The position numbers and the translations under genes were made by a program. Below are positions 46,681-57,625 of a stretch of DNA of 64,000 nt, piece by piece. Location: assembly GCA_016932855.1 (NCBI GenBank), contig JAFGCB010000024.1, positions 2,813 to 66,812 of the forward strand. Reading direction: 5' to 3'. The notes under the pieces were generated by a model. That model had not been told where the DNA came from. It made no database searches and saw only the letters and a list, made by a program, of their open reading frames with translations. How positions within the stretch are numbered: the first letter of the stretch is position 1; each line of letters opens with the position of its first letter. Origin of the DNA: Candidatus Omnitrophota bacterium (GTDB taxonomy: Bacteria; Omnitrophota; Gorgyraeia; Duberdicusellales; Duberdicusellaceae).

Positions 46681-47442
46681 CTAAGGTATTAGTAAATAAA
46701 ACAAAGCTGTCAGTATACAGTCCGCGGTAAGGATTAGAAGAAAGGACCTTACCACCGAATTAATAACAGATTTACCTACGCCCGTTGCTCCGCCCTTAGA
46801 AGAAAAACCTTCATGGCAGCAAACTACTCCGATAATAGCTCCGAATACGCCGGCTTTAACTAAACCGGTAAGTATGTCTTTAAGATGGAGTGACTCTATA
46901 GTCATTCTCATGTATAAATTAAAGGATATATTAAGTTTGGTAGCGCCTACAATGTAGCCTCCCAGAATCCCCACTAAATCCGAATACAGTACCAGCAAGG
47001 GAAGGGTAAGTACCAGCGCGACGAATTTCGGCGTCGCTAAGTAATCAACAGGGTCAGTACCCAGGCTTTTTAAAGCGTCTATCTGTTCGGTCACTTTCAT
47101 CGAGCTTATTTCGGCTGAAATCGATGCCCCGCTTCTTCCGGCAACTATAAGCGACGTAAGCATGGGCCCCAGTTCCCGGGTCAACGACAAAACAACAAGA
47201 GATGCGATATGAATTCCCGACGATATTTTTTCAAGCTGGTATGATGTTTGAAAGCCCATGATAATACCGGTAAACAAGGCTATAAGCGATACAATAGGAA
47301 GCCCTTCCGCGCCTAAGGTTATCATCTGATAAACAGTGTTTCTAATTCTCTTTTTACCGTATAAAATATAGTGGATTATTTCAAAAAAAAGAATCGCAAT
47401 TTTTCCGAAATAAACGAGTAATTCTTTTAAACCGGCTATCAT
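46681..47442 (-). CDS. mlaE: MlaE family permease
   Basis: RELGP, AGRSG, MKVTEQIDAL, GGATGVG. Confidence 0.92.
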   Translation of the reverse strand: MIAGLKELLVYFGKIAILFFEIIHYILYGKKRIRNTVYQMITLGAEGLPIVSLIALFTGIIMGFQTSYQLEKISSGIHIASLVVLSLTRELGPMLTSLIVAGRSGASISAEISSMKVTEQIDALKSLGTDPVDYLATPKFVALVLTLPLLVLYSDLVGILGGYIVGATKLNISFNLYMRMTIESLHLKDILTGLVKAGVFGAIIGVVCCHEGFSSKGGATGVGKSVINSVVRSFLLILTADCILTALFYLLIP

Positions 47443-47443
47443 T

Positions 47444-48385
47444 TTAGAATTCCAATGTAGGCGCGGCTTTAGGAAAAATACTTTCTTTAGGAGTAAGCCG
47501 CAGGAAACTGTCAGTATCCAGTTTATAAACTAAAAGATTATGGGAGCTCGGCAAGGCTAAAAAACCTTTAACCGAGTCAGCCACGATCATGTTTTGTTCT
47601 GTTTCGTCAAAAAATCTTATCGGCGGAAGATCCGGAGACTGGCCGACTTTATCGTAAGGCAGATCGTAAAGCCTGGCGACGTTAAAAGTACCTTCGATAT
47701 TAAAGCCAAAGCCTTGAATAGAAGCGTAAGAATCCGAAAACCTAATCCAGGGGTATGTTCCTTTAAACATAAGAAAAACCTTTTCGTATTTATATCCCTC
47801 GAGATTTCCATGGTAGGCTTCAAGAAATCCCTGAATCAGGATACTGTTGACGTCGCCCTTAAGGGATATTTTTCCTCTGAAGTCGCCTTCGAAAGGAAAA
47901 TTCTCAATGCCCCAGAGCTTGTTGAAATCCTCGAGGTTTATCCCCCTGATATCAACGTCTAGGTTCAGAAAAGCGTTTTTACTGAAGTCTATTGCCCCGC
48001 TAAGAATCAATTCTTTTGTTTTAAAGTAGGTGATTGTGGCCAGTTTGTCGCTGTAGACGAGATACAGGGAAAAATCGTGGCTTATAGCTCCGTCTATAGT
48101 TATGTTACCTGAGGTTATTTCCAGTATGCTGCGCTCGGCGTCTATTTTAAGATAGCCCTGAAGGATTACATCGACTATTTTATCGTTCCAGTGTATTTTC
48201 TGGCCGATGCCTTGAAAGTCGTAGCAGGCTTTATCAGGCTCGGCGTCTTTTTTTTTAATGGTGAAATTAAGGACAGGTTTTTCGAAGGCGCCGGTTGTTG
48301 TCGCCGGTGACGCTGCAAGAAAAGAAGGAATAACAGCCCCTCCGGCCAAAAGTATAAAAAAAAATCGAAAGAAAGTTATTTTCAT
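47444..48385 (-). CDS. Hypothetical exported beta-rich protein (possibly AsmA/TamB-like)
   Basis: Signal-like N-terminus; Gly/hydrophobic alternating strands; directly upstream of mlaE. Confidence 0.5.
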   Translation of the reverse strand: MKITFFRFFFILLAGGAVIPSFLAASPATTTGAFEKPVLNFTIKKKDAEPDKACYDFQGIGQKIHWNDKIVDVILQGYLKIDAERSILEITSGNITIDGAISHDFSLYLVYSDKLATITYFKTKELILSGAIDFSKNAFLNLDVDIRGINLEDFNKLWGIENFPFEGDFRGKISLKGDVNSILIQGFLEAYHGNLEGYKYEKVFLMFKGTYPWIRFSDSYASIQGFGFNIEGTFNVARLYDLPYDKVGQSPDLPPIRFFDETEQNMIVADSVKGFLALPSSHNLLVYKLDTDSFLRLTPKESIFPKAAPTLEF

Positions 48386-50826
48386 TCAAAGTAAAGCGTG
48401 TCGTTTTTCCGGGTTATTTTTATCACGGCCACCTGGCCTTTTTGCGCCTCTTTTTTCTCCTTGAATTTACCGGAAATTATATCCTCGGCTAAGGGGTCTT
48501 CCAAGAACCGCTGGATAACCCGTTTTAAGGGCCGGGCGCCGAACACAGGATCGAACCCTTTTCCAATAAAAAATTCCTCTGCCTCGGCATTCAGCTCTAC
48601 TTTTATGCCTTGTTCTTTTAAGCGCTGGTTAACGTAGTCTATTTCGATATTTACAATATTTCTTAAACCTTCCTTTGAAAGGGGTCTAAAGACTATAATT
48701 TCATCAAGGCGGTTCAAGAACTCCGGTTTAAAGGTTCTTTTTACTTCATCGAGGAGCCGGGTTTTCATTTCTTCGTAACCTATCTCTTCTTTGACCGCCG
48801 CAAAGCCTAAAGAGCCTTTGCGTTTAAGAATATCCACCCCTACGTTAGAGGTCATAATCAGAATAGTATTTTTGAAATCAACGCGTCTTCCGAAGCTGTC
48901 GGTAAGGCGGCCTTCTTCCAATATTTGAAGAAGCAGGTTAAAGACGTCGGGGTGCGCTTTTTCTATTTCGTCCAAAAGAATTACTGAATAAGGTCTCCGC
49001 CGTACCCGTTCCGAGAGCTGACCGCCTTCTTCATATCCGACGTAACCGGGTGGCGCGCCGATAAGCCGGGAGACGTTGAATTTTTCCATGTATTCAGACA
49101 TATCAAGCTGGATAAGGGCGTCTTCATCGCCGAACATAAATTCCGCCAGGACCCTGGCTAAAAGAGTCTTTCCTACCCCGGTAGGCCCCATAAAGACAAA
49201 AGAGCCTATGGGCCGCTTGGGGTCTTTGATCCCCGCCCGGGACCGACGCAAGGCTCTGGCTATGGCTTGTATGGGTTCACTCTGCCCGACTACTCTCTTC
49301 GAGATTTGCTCCTCCATTCGCAATAGCTTTTCAGATTCCTTTTCTTCCAGGCGGAATATCGGTATCCCGGTCCATTGCGATACAAGTCTTGCGATATCTT
49401 CCGCGTTAACCTGGGGCAGAATCTTATCGCGTGATTTAAACCAGTCTTTACGCTGTTGCTCTAATTTAAATTTGAGTTCCCGTTCCTGGTCGCGCAGTTT
49501 TGCCGCGGCTTCGAAATCCTGCTGTTTAATAAGGGCTTCCTTTTCTTTTGTGATATTTTGCAGTTCCTGCTCCAGGTCTTTTATTTCTTTCGGAGTGGTC
49601 AACACTTGCAAACGGGCCCGTGAGCCGGCTTCATCGATAAGATCCACAGCTTTATCAGGCAGAAACCTTCCGGAAATATAAATATCGGATAATTTTGAGG
49701 CGGCTTCCAGGGCTTCATCAGTGAATTTTACTCTGTGGTGAGCCTCATAGCGGTCACGCAATCCTTTTAATATTTCCACGGTTTCGTTTACCGTGGGGGG
49801 GTCAACGATTATAGGCTGAAATCTACGCTCTAAAGCAGCGTCTTTTTCTATATGTTTTCTGTATTCGTCCAGGGTGGTAGCGCCTATGCATTGTATTTCG
49901 CCGCGGCTTAAGGCTGGCTTTAAGATATTGGAAGCGTCTATTGCGCCTTCGGCAGCGCCGGCTCCGACCAAAGTATGCAACTCGTCAATGAACATGATTA
50001 CGTCTTTTGAGCGTTTGATCTCCTCCATTATCGCTTTTATTCGTTCCTCGAATTGACCGCGGTACTTTGTTCCGGCTACCATCATGGCTAAATCTAAGAC
50101 AATAATTCTTTTATTTCGCAGGACTTCGGGGATATTGCCGATAACTATAGATTGGGCAAGACCTTCGACTATTGCGGTTTTGCCGACCCCGGCTTCTCCC
50201 AGAAGGACCGGGTTATTCTTTGTCCGGCGGGACAATACCTGGATTACCCGCTCGATTTCGTTTAATCTTCCGATAACCGGGTCGAGCATGTTTTTCTGAG
50301 CAAGGGAGGTAAGGTCACGGCCGAAGGAGTCTAAAGCAGGAGTTTTTTTAACTGTGGGCTGAGATTGGCTGGCCGTGGGACTAGAGAACTCTCCTCCTAA
50401 AAGCTCAAGCACCGCCCTTCTTACAGAATTTATATCTAGGCCTAGGCCCAGAAGCACCTGGGAGGCGATTCCTTCCTGTTCACGTAAAAGCCCAAGAAGT
50501 AAATGCTCTGTGCCTATATAGTTATGTCCCATACTGCGCGCTTCTTCAGCGGCAAGTTCCAATACTTTTTTTGCCCGGGGGGTAAAAGGGAGCTCTCCTA
50601 ATACCTGGGTCTGGCCGCCGGGACGAAGAAGTTTTTCAATTTCCTGCTTTACCGTAGATAAATCTGTGCCCAGGTTCTGAAGAACTGCGGCAGCTACTCC
50701 TTCCTGTTCGGAGACCAAAGCCAAGAGCATGTGCTCGGTGCCGATATAATCATGATTAAAACGCCTTGCCTGCTCTTTGGCAAGCAGCAAAACTTTACGT
50801 GCCCGTTCAGTAAACTTATTAAACAT
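48382..50826 (-). CDS. clpC: ATP-dependent Clp protease ATP-binding subunit ClpC
   Basis: Two Clp-N repeats, two AAA+ domains ([16 protein letters not shown]), UVR motif. Confidence 0.97.
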   Translation of the reverse strand: MFNKFTERARKVLLLAKEQARRFNHDYIGTEHMLLALVSEQEGVAAAVLQNLGTDLSTVKQEIEKLLRPGGQTQVLGELPFTPRAKKVLELAAEEARSMGHNYIGTEHLLLGLLREQEGIASQVLLGLGLDINSVRRAVLELLGGEFSSPTASQSQPTVKKTPALDSFGRDLTSLAQKNMLDPVIGRLNEIERVIQVLSRRTKNNPVLLGEAGVGKTAIVEGLAQSIVIGNIPEVLRNKRIIVLDLAMMVAGTKYRGQFEERIKAIMEEIKRSKDVIMFIDELHTLVGAGAAEGAIDASNILKPALSRGEIQCIGATTLDEYRKHIEKDAALERRFQPIIVDPPTVNETVEILKGLRDRYEAHHRVKFTDEALEAASKLSDIYISGRFLPDKAVDLIDEAGSRARLQVLTTPKEIKDLEQELQNITKEKEALIKQQDFEAAAKLRDQERELKFKLEQQRKDWFKSRDKILPQVNAEDIARLVSQWTGIPIFRLEEKESEKLLRMEEQISKRVVGQSEPIQAIARALRRSRAGIKDPKRPIGSFVFMGPTGVGKTLLARVLAEFMFGDEDALIQLDMSEYMEKFNVSRLIGAPPGYVGYEEGGQLSERVRRRPYSVILLDEIEKAHPDVFNLLLQILEEGRLTDSFGRRVDFKNTILIMTSNVGVDILKRKGSLGFAAVKEEIGYEEMKTRLLDEVKRTFKPEFLNRLDEIIVFRPLSKEGLRNIVNIEIDYVNQRLKEQGIKVELNAEAEEFFIGKGFDPVFGARPLKRVIQRFLEDPLAEDIISGKFKEKKEAQKGQVAVIKITRKNDTLYFE

Positions 50827-50871
50827 CTTACCTCCTTAAATGTGCGTAGGATAACTTTAATATCCGCGGTA

Positions 50872-51930
50872 TTAAATGCTTATTTTTTCCAGTTTTTCCC
50901 GCAGAAGAGTCGCTCTTATAGAATCTCTTTCCTGATGGGAAAGTTTCTTTTTATATATTTTTTGCAAATGCGCCGGCTGGATTATAATGAATAAATTATT
51001 GATAAGTTCCGTATCCAAACCCCGTATTATACCTAAATCCATGCCTAGACGCAACAAAGAAAGATGACTCAAGGTTTCGTTGCTGGCGATAAGGCGGGAG
51101 CTTTTAAGTGTTCCCAGGGCCCGCCATATTCTGTCTTCCATAGACAGCTTGTATTTCGAAACCATATACTCTCTGGCTTCCATTTCTTGGCTTTTAAGTT
51201 GTTTTATAACTCCGGCGAGATTGCTTAAAATTTCACTTTCGCTTAAGCCTAAGGTTATCTGGTTTGAGACCTGAAAGAAGTTTCCGATTGCCTGAGTCCC
51301 TTCACCAAAAAAGCCCCTGGTGGTAAAAGATAGTTTGGCAACCAGTTCCAGGATTCGATTTATCCGTTTAGTCATTATCAGCCCTGGAAGATGAAGCATG
51401 CAGGAAGCGCGAATTCCGGTACCAACATTAGTGGGACAGGAAGTAAGATACCCGATGCTGCCGGAAAAGGCAAAATCCAGATTTTTGGCGAATTCAGCCT
51501 CTATTTTGCTGGCGATTTCCCATGTATCGTATAAATCGAAGCCTGATTTTATCACCTGGATGCGCAGATGGTCTTCTTCGTTTATCATAATCGAGCAAAC
51601 TTCATCTTTGCGCAAGAGCAGGGCTTTGCCCTGGGAAGTGGTTATATGCTCCTGGCTTACCAGATGCCGCTCAAGAAGCAGCTCTTTGTCCAGGGTTGAA
51701 AACTCTTCCATTTTCAGGAAATTGAAGCTGCGCAAGATACTGCTTTTGGCTTGAGCTTTTTGTATTTGCTCAAAGGCCTCCTGAGATTGTTTAAGGTCCA
51801 TTTTATTAGGGAAAACAAAACCTTTTATGTTTCTGGCAAGGCGAATACGCGAAGAAACGATAATATGGGAGTCAGGGCCTTTGCCTTTTAGCCATTCCCC
51901 GGGTTTATTAAGTAGTTCTTCCAAGTCCAT
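50872..51930 (-). CDS. mcsB: Protein arginine kinase
   Basis: SSRIRLARN, NEEDHLRIQ, CPTNVGTG. Confidence 0.96.
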   Translation of the reverse strand: MDLEELLNKPGEWLKGKGPDSHIIVSSRIRLARNIKGFVFPNKMDLKQSQEAFEQIQKAQAKSSILRSFNFLKMEEFSTLDKELLLERHLVSQEHITTSQGKALLLRKDEVCSIMINEEDHLRIQVIKSGFDLYDTWEIASKIEAEFAKNLDFAFSGSIGYLTSCPTNVGTGIRASCMLHLPGLIMTKRINRILELVAKLSFTTRGFFGEGTQAIGNFFQVSNQITLGLSESEILSNLAGVIKQLKSQEMEAREYMVSKYKLSMEDRIWRALGTLKSSRLIASNETLSHLSLLRLGMDLGIIRGLDTELINNLFIIIQPAHLQKIYKKKLSHQERDSIRATLLREKLEKISI

Positions 51931-51954
51931 AATAATAGCTTTTTCTTTTATTTC

Positions 51955-52470
51955 TTAACGATTGTTGGGTTTACTTTTTTTATTCTTTCGCTCAAGTTCC
52001 CTGATTTCGTCGCGGATACGAGCTGCTTCCTCGTATTCTTCCAGTTTGATGGCCCGCTCCAGGTAAGCTTTTAATTCCTTCATTCGCTCATCGAAGGGGA
52101 TTTCTTTTTTTATCTTTATTTTGGGAGTTTTGCCTCTATGGCGGCTGGAACCTTGCATTCTCCGCAAAAGAGGTTGAAGTTGGCTTTTAAAATCTTCATA
52201 GCACTGGGGGCAGCCGAGCCGGCCTTTTTTCTTGAATTCCTGATAAGTAAGCCCGCAGTTTGAGCAATGTAGCGCGGGCAGACCTGTTTTGCCAGCAGGA
52301 TCGACATTTACCAGCTCCGAGAGAAAGTTGGTAATGTTGAACTGTTTTTGGAATTCTTCGGATTTCTTTTTAGCGCATTCTTCGCAGAGATGGACTTCAA
52401 TAATCTTACCGGCGATTATTTCGGTTAAATGGACTGTAGCCGGATTCTTAGTGCAAACATCGCAGAGCAT
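51955..52470 (-). CDS. mcsA: McsA (CxxC motifs + UVR domain)
   Basis: Four CxxC motifs; EEYEEAARIRDEI. Confidence 0.95.
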   Translation of the reverse strand: MLCDVCTKNPATVHLTEIIAGKIIEVHLCEECAKKKSEEFQKQFNITNFLSELVNVDPAGKTGLPALHCSNCGLTYQEFKKKGRLGCPQCYEDFKSQLQPLLRRMQGSSRHRGKTPKIKIKKEIPFDERMKELKAYLERAIKLEEYEEAARIRDEIRELERKNKKSKPNNR

Positions 52471-52551
52471 ATTTTTACTCGGTTTGGGATTTGCGCCGGG
52501 TCATTTGCAGTAATTATGCAAAGCTTTAACCGCAACACAAACCTTAAAAAA

Positions 52552-53427
52552 TTATAGTTTATAGGGAATGCCTTCTTTTTTTGTAACTTCGTGGAAATTC
52601 TGCATAAGTTTTTTAGTGACCGGGCCGGGCACTCCCGTACCGATAACCCTTCCATCTACTTTGACTACAGGAACAATTTCAGCGGCAGTCCCTGTTAAGA
52701 AACACTCATCGCTGATATAGACTTCGTGACGTGTGATTACATGTTCATGGGCCGGGATTTTAATCTTTTTCGAGATATCTAAAACAGTATCCCGGGTAAT
52801 TCCCCGCAATGTGCCCATGCATTGAGGCGGCGTGTAAAGATTACTTTCTCTTACCACAAAAATATTGTCTCCGGTGCATTCGGCGACATAGCCCAAAGAA
52901 TCGAGCATTATTGCTTCTGCGAACCCGGAGTTTATAGCCTCAATTTTTGCAAGGATGTTGTTTAGATAATTCAGAGATTTAATTTGAGGGTTTAAGGCCT
53001 CGGGCAGATTGCGCACCGTAGGAACAGTTATTATTTCCATGCCGTTTTTATAGTATTCCTTGGGATAAAGAGTGATCTTATCGGTAATGATAATAAGGGT
53101 TTCGTTGCCTTTGCATTTTCGGGGGTCAAGGCCTAAATCGCCTTCCCCGCGCGTAAGTACCACCCGGATATAAGCGTCCTTAAGGTTATTTGCTTTAAGG
53201 GTATTAATAATCGCCTTTTCCAGATCTTTTTTGCTTAAAGGGGTCTTAAGCATGATTGATTGCGCTGATTTGAAGAGGCGGTCAATATGTTCCGCCAGTT
53301 TAAAAACCAAGCAATTATAGGACCTTATACCTTCGAACACACCGTCTCCATACAGAAGACCGTGGTCAAAAACAGAAACCTTGGCATCCTTTTTATCCAC
53401 TAAGCTACCGTTAACATAAACCTTCAT
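52552..53427 (-). CDS. ilvE: Branched-chain amino acid aminotransferase
   Basis: YGDGVFEG, KSLNY, LRGITR, FLTGTAAE. Confidence 0.95.
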   Translation of the reverse strand: MKVYVNGSLVDKKDAKVSVFDHGLLYGDGVFEGIRSYNCLVFKLAEHIDRLFKSAQSIMLKTPLSKKDLEKAIINTLKANNLKDAYIRVVLTRGEGDLGLDPRKCKGNETLIIITDKITLYPKEYYKNGMEIITVPTVRNLPEALNPQIKSLNYLNNILAKIEAINSGFAEAIMLDSLGYVAECTGDNIFVVRESNLYTPPQCMGTLRGITRDTVLDISKKIKIPAHEHVITRHEVYISDECFLTGTAAEIVPVVKVDGRVIGTGVPGPVTKKLMQNFHEVTKKEGIPYKL

Positions 53428-53472
53428 TCTGACCTCCTGTAAGCTAAAAAAGCGTAGTAGTAAGCTATTTAT

Positions 53473-54150
53473 TTAATTTGTGATCCGGCCGTCTTTTATA
53501 TTTAACACTCTTTGAGCGTCTTTTGCAAGTTCTAAATTATGAGTTACTAAGACAACGGTTGTCTTATGCGCGGCGTTAAGTTTTTTTATTAAATTCCGGA
53601 TATTTTCAGCTGAATCATGGTCCAGGTTCCCTGTGGGTTCGTCACAGAATAAGACTTTCGGTTCGTTTATTACGGCCCTGGCAAAAGCCACTTTTTGCTG
53701 CTGGCCGCCGGAAAGCTGGCTGGGATAAAAGTTCAAGCGTTGTGATAAGTCTAATTCCCTGGCTATTTCCTCAGCCCGTTTGCGGACAATTCGTTTTTTC
53801 TGGCCGGAAAGCCGGCAAGGCAGCATGATATTTTCCAGGGCTGTAAGTTCTTTAAGCAGGTGGTAAAACTGAAACATAAACCCTACTTTTTTATTTCGTA
53901 AAGAAAAAAGCCTTCGGAATTTCAGGGAAACCAGATTTCTTCCTTCGAAAAAAACTTTTCCGGAAGAAGGTAAATCAAGCCCTCCTAGAATATGAATAAG
54001 CGTGGATTTGCCGGCTCCTGAAGGCCCGACAATAGCGATGTATTGCGAAGATTCTATTTGAAGATTTATATCATTCAGGGCAGCGACTTGTCGGGACGCG
54101 TCCTTATAGAATTTGGATAATTCTTTTGTTTCCAGAATATAACTACTCAT
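53473..54150 (-). CDS. lolD: Lipoprotein-releasing ABC transporter ATPase, LolD-like
   Basis: [31 protein letters not shown]. Confidence 0.85.
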   Translation of the reverse strand: MSSYILETKELSKFYKDASRQVAALNDINLQIESSQYIAIVGPSGAGKSTLIHILGGLDLPSSGKVFFEGRNLVSLKFRRLFSLRNKKVGFMFQFYHLLKELTALENIMLPCRLSGQKKRIVRKRAEEIARELDLSQRLNFYPSQLSGGQQQKVAFARAVINEPKVLFCDEPTGNLDHDSAENIRNLIKKLNAAHKTTVVLVTHNLELAKDAQRVLNIKDGRITN

Positions 54151-55300
54151 ATCTTAAAGCCTCGATTTCTTTTATTTTTGAGGCCCGAATACTGGGCATT
54201 AAACTGAATATAAAGCTCATAGTAAGAGCCACGATGCAAACGCTGGCAATGTCATTGTAATCAATAGTTACCGGTAGATAATCTATGGAGTAAATTTTAG
54301 CCGGAAGAACCTTCAAATGGTATTTTTCGAGAAAAAGACAGATTCCGATACCGGCACCCGAGCCCAAGAGAGTACCTAGTAATCCCAGAAATATTCCCTG
54401 CAGGCAGAAAAGAAGATTTATCCCCCAGCCGGTCATGCCTAAAGATTTAAGAATGCCGATATCCTTTACTTTTTCTACGACCTTTACGGTTTGAGTCGCG
54501 AATATATTAAACGAGGCTACGAGAATTATCAGGTTTAAAATAACGAACATCGTGATTTTTTCCAGCTGAAGAGCTGAGAATAGGGTTTCATTCAACTCTG
54601 CCCAGGTTTTAATCAGATATATTCCTTTGGGATTTCGATCCAGTATAGCTTTTTTAATAGGTTCAGCTTTATAAATATCGTCTACCCTTATTCCTAAGGC
54701 AAAAAGGGCTTCAACTTCCTTAAGGAAATCCCGCGCTTCTGATAAGGGGTAGACGACGAAATTAGCGTCAAGGTCATAAATGCCGAAGCTAAAAATCCCG
54801 CTTACCTTGAACTTCTTCGGCTTAAAAGTCTTAGGGTTAAAAACCTCAACTTCGTCTCCGATATAAAGGTCTAAACTTCTTGCCAATATACGGCCTATGG
54901 CTAAACCTTGGAAATTGCCGTCGGTCAAGTATGTTTTCCAAAGGGCTTCTTCAGCTTCGTTAAATTTAAGGCCTTCAAAAATAACCGGGGTGATGTTTTT
55001 GTCCTTTTTGACGGCTGTTTGTATTTGAGAAAATTCAACCAGGCTTTTTACGCCTTCAACGCTTTGAATTTTCTCAAACTCGACTTGCCCGCTGTTATCC
55101 AAATAGGCTACCAGATGGAAGCTTGAGCCCAGCAATTTTTCTTTAAGATTATTGTCAAATCCGCTCATTACCCCCAGGACTACTATCAGACAGCAAACCC
55201 CCAGGGCTATACCCAGACAGGTAACTATGCTTATAAACGAAATATGCCGTTTACGGTTTCGCGACATAAATCTAAGTGCCAGCCAGAGTTCGATATTCAT
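54143..55300 (-). CDS. Lipoprotein-releasing ABC transporter permease (LolC/E)
   Basis: GIALGV..LIVVLGVMSGF, LEK, IGILKSLG, ALRYE. Confidence 0.9.
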   Translation of the reverse strand: MNIELWLALRFMSRNRKRHISFISIVTCLGIALGVCCLIVVLGVMSGFDNNLKEKLLGSSFHLVAYLDNSGQVEFEKIQSVEGVKSLVEFSQIQTAVKKDKNITPVIFEGLKFNEAEEALWKTYLTDGNFQGLAIGRILARSLDLYIGDEVEVFNPKTFKPKKFKVSGIFSFGIYDLDANFVVYPLSEARDFLKEVEALFALGIRVDDIYKAEPIKKAILDRNPKGIYLIKTWAELNETLFSALQLEKITMFVILNLIILVASFNIFATQTVKVVEKVKDIGILKSLGMTGWGINLLFCLQGIFLGLLGTLLGSGAGIGICLFLEKYHLKVLPAKIYSIDYLPVTIDYNDIASVCIVALTMSFIFSLMPSIRASKIKEIEALRYE

Positions 55301-55309
55301 AAGATTGAA

Positions 55310-56734
55310 TTATTCTTCAGCTTCTTTCGGCTTAAGCAAAGGAAAGAGAATGACTTCTTTAAGGGAGGGTTGGTTAAGAAGAATCATTACCAGCCTGTCG
55401 ATGCCTATTCCTAAGCCAGCGGCCGGAGGCATGCCGTATTCCAAGGCTTCAAGAAAATCCTCGTCTAGTTTTTTAGGAAGCTCTTCTTCGGTATCAAGTT
55501 GCTTTACCAGGCGCTTTTTTTGTTCGACAGGGTCGTTTAATTCCGAATAAGCGTTGGCGACCTCAATGCCGGCTATAAACAACTCGAAACGTTCAACTAT
55601 ATGAGGATTGTCTTTTTTAGCTTTTGCTAAAGGTGACATCCAGGTGTAAAAATCCGTAACAAAAACCGGTTCCTGGCCGTAGTACTTTTCTTCAATCAAA
55701 TCTTCAATAAGCTTTATTATTTGAGAACGGCTTAAATTCTCCTTGATTTTAAGCCGGGAAGACATCTTTTTTATAAACTCCTGGGGCGAGTCGTCGAATT
55801 CTACGCCGAAGTCCTCTTTCAGCTTTGAAGCCAGAGAAAAAATCCTGAATTTCCTTGAAAAATCAATGGTTTTATCCTGATAGTCTAGCATCAGGCTTTC
55901 ATTTATTCTTTTGGCCAGCTCTTTTATCATATTTTCGGTTAATTCCATCATATAAGCGTAGTCTTTATAGCAGCTGTAAACTTCAAGCATGGTAAATTCC
56001 GGGTTATGCCGCACAGAAATTCCTTCATTTCGAAAGGAGCGATTAAGTTCATAAATATTATCAAAGCCGCCCACAAGGAGTTTTTTAAGGTAAAGTTCCG
56101 GCGCTATTCGCAGATAAATATCAAGCCCCAGGGCATTGTGAAAAGTTTTAAACGGCCTTCCCGAGGCTCCTCCGGGAATAGAGTGAAGCAAGGGTGTTTC
56201 GACTTCAATAAAGCCCTTTTGATCAAGGAAGCTTCGAATTTCTTTAACGATCTGGTTTCTTTTAATGAATATAGCGACACTTTGAGGGTTGGCTATCAAA
56301 TCCAAGTAGCGTTTTCGAAAACGCAGTTCAATATCTTTGAGGCCGTGCCATTTCTCAGGCAGCGAGCGCAAAGCTTTGGCTAAAACCGTGAATTTCGACA
56401 CAAAAACAGTTATCTCGCCGGTCTTTGTCTTGAACAGCTTACCGCTTACGCCGAGGACATCTCCTATATCAAGCTCTTTTGTCTGCTCAAAGTTTTCTGT
56501 CGCATCTTTTCGCAGATAGCACTGGATATGGCCGGAAAAATCCCTCAGGTCGCAAAACATGCTTTTTCCGTGTTCGCGCCTGGTTGTAAGCCTGCCGGCC
56601 AGGCTTACCTCTTTTTCTTCGAGGAATTCGCTTTTAACCGCGGCTATAGTCTGGGTTTTTTCAAAACGGTTCTGTGAATAGGGATTACCGGTTTTTTCCG
56701 AAATTCTGGCAAGTTTATCTAATCGTTCTTGCAT
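55310..56734 (-). CDS. lysS: Lysine--tRNA ligase (class II)
   Basis: LPEKWHGL, YLRIAPELYLK, FRNEG, HNPEF, GIGIDRL. Confidence 0.98.
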   Translation of the reverse strand: MQERLDKLARISEKTGNPYSQNRFEKTQTIAAVKSEFLEEKEVSLAGRLTTRREHGKSMFCDLRDFSGHIQCYLRKDATENFEQTKELDIGDVLGVSGKLFKTKTGEITVFVSKFTVLAKALRSLPEKWHGLKDIELRFRKRYLDLIANPQSVAIFIKRNQIVKEIRSFLDQKGFIEVETPLLHSIPGGASGRPFKTFHNALGLDIYLRIAPELYLKKLLVGGFDNIYELNRSFRNEGISVRHNPEFTMLEVYSCYKDYAYMMELTENMIKELAKRINESLMLDYQDKTIDFSRKFRIFSLASKLKEDFGVEFDDSPQEFIKKMSSRLKIKENLSRSQIIKLIEDLIEEKYYGQEPVFVTDFYTWMSPLAKAKKDNPHIVERFELFIAGIEVANAYSELNDPVEQKKRLVKQLDTEEELPKKLDEDFLEALEYGMPPAAGLGIGIDRLVMILLNQPSLKEVILFPLLKPKEAEE

Positions 56735-56743
56735 AGACTAAAG

Positions 56744-56772
56744 ATTATATAGAAGATTATATATTATGTCAA
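56744..56772 (-). promoter_or_regulatory. Consensus sigma70 promoter for lysS (TTGACA-N17-TATAAT)
   Basis: Perfect consensus, 9 nt upstream of the ATG. Confidence 0.8.
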
Positions 56773-56853
56773 ATATTCTTGATTTCCGCTTCTCTGTGCC
56801 GGAATTTTATCCTGAATAACCGTTTTTAGGGTTTACCGGCTAAGAGGCGCGTT

Positions 56854-57609
56854 TTATAAAATACCGGTTTTTTCGAGGATTTCTTTTAGGGATATTAGAA
56901 AGGGGCTGCTTTTGTCTAGATGGGAAAATGATTTGCCTTCAAGGTTTATTTTTTCCAGTTCTTTATCATGAGGTAATTTGCCTATCGCCTCCAGCGAGGT
57001 CTTCTCTTTTATAAGCCTAAGGCTTTCTTCAGGAAAGCGGAAATTCGCAACTAAAAAGGTATTACGACAGTTTATTTTGATATCTTTCAATAATTTTTCT
57101 AATTTAGCCACGCCCTGTAAAGATTTTTGAGAGGGATCTAGCAAGATGAATAGATAATCCACATCATTGGTGATCCGGCGGTTTATGTGCTCGAGGCCGG
57201 CAGGAGAATCAAGGAGAACAAAATTATAATTTTTCTCCAAGCGGCCCAAGGTGCCTTTGAGGATATTATTAGGTTGGCAGTAACAGCCTTCAGACCACTT
57301 GATTCCTAAAGATATAAAATCGAAGAAATCGCCTTCGTATAAGGCGTCATGCTGAAGAAGATAGTCGATTTTTTCGGGAAGACTGAAATTTTTTATATCC
57401 TGCGAAACCGAGCCTTCTTTGATATTAAAAAGCACTTCGGAGATTGTCTTCAAATTATCCTTTATCCCCAGGATGCTTATAAGGCTTTCGTCAGGGTCAG
57501 CGTCCACAATAAGCAAGGGGGACTTGTTGTGTAAAAGAAATGCAGCCCCGCCTAAAAATGAACTTTTTCCGACTCCTCCGCGTCCTACACAAACAATTTT
57601 TTTGCCCAT
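56854..57609 (-). CDS. CooC-like nickel-insertion ATPase (MinD/ParA family)
   Basis: GRGGVGKS, VDADPD, EGCYC, AGLEH. Confidence 0.85.
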   Translation of the reverse strand: MGKKIVCVGRGGVGKSSFLGGAAFLLHNKSPLLIVDADPDESLISILGIKDNLKTISEVLFNIKEGSVSQDIKNFSLPEKIDYLLQHDALYEGDFFDFISLGIKWSEGCYCQPNNILKGTLGRLEKNYNFVLLDSPAGLEHINRRITNDVDYLFILLDPSQKSLQGVAKLEKLLKDIKINCRNTFLVANFRFPEESLRLIKEKTSLEAIGKLPHDKELEKINLEGKSFSHLDKSSPFLISLKEILEKTGIL

Positions 57610-57625
57610 TGGTATTTTTAAAGGT

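Noticed and set aside
49076-49681. 201-aa plus-strand ORF, and the many similar short ORFs opposite real genes
   Set aside because: Antisense shadows of conserved genes such as clpC and radA
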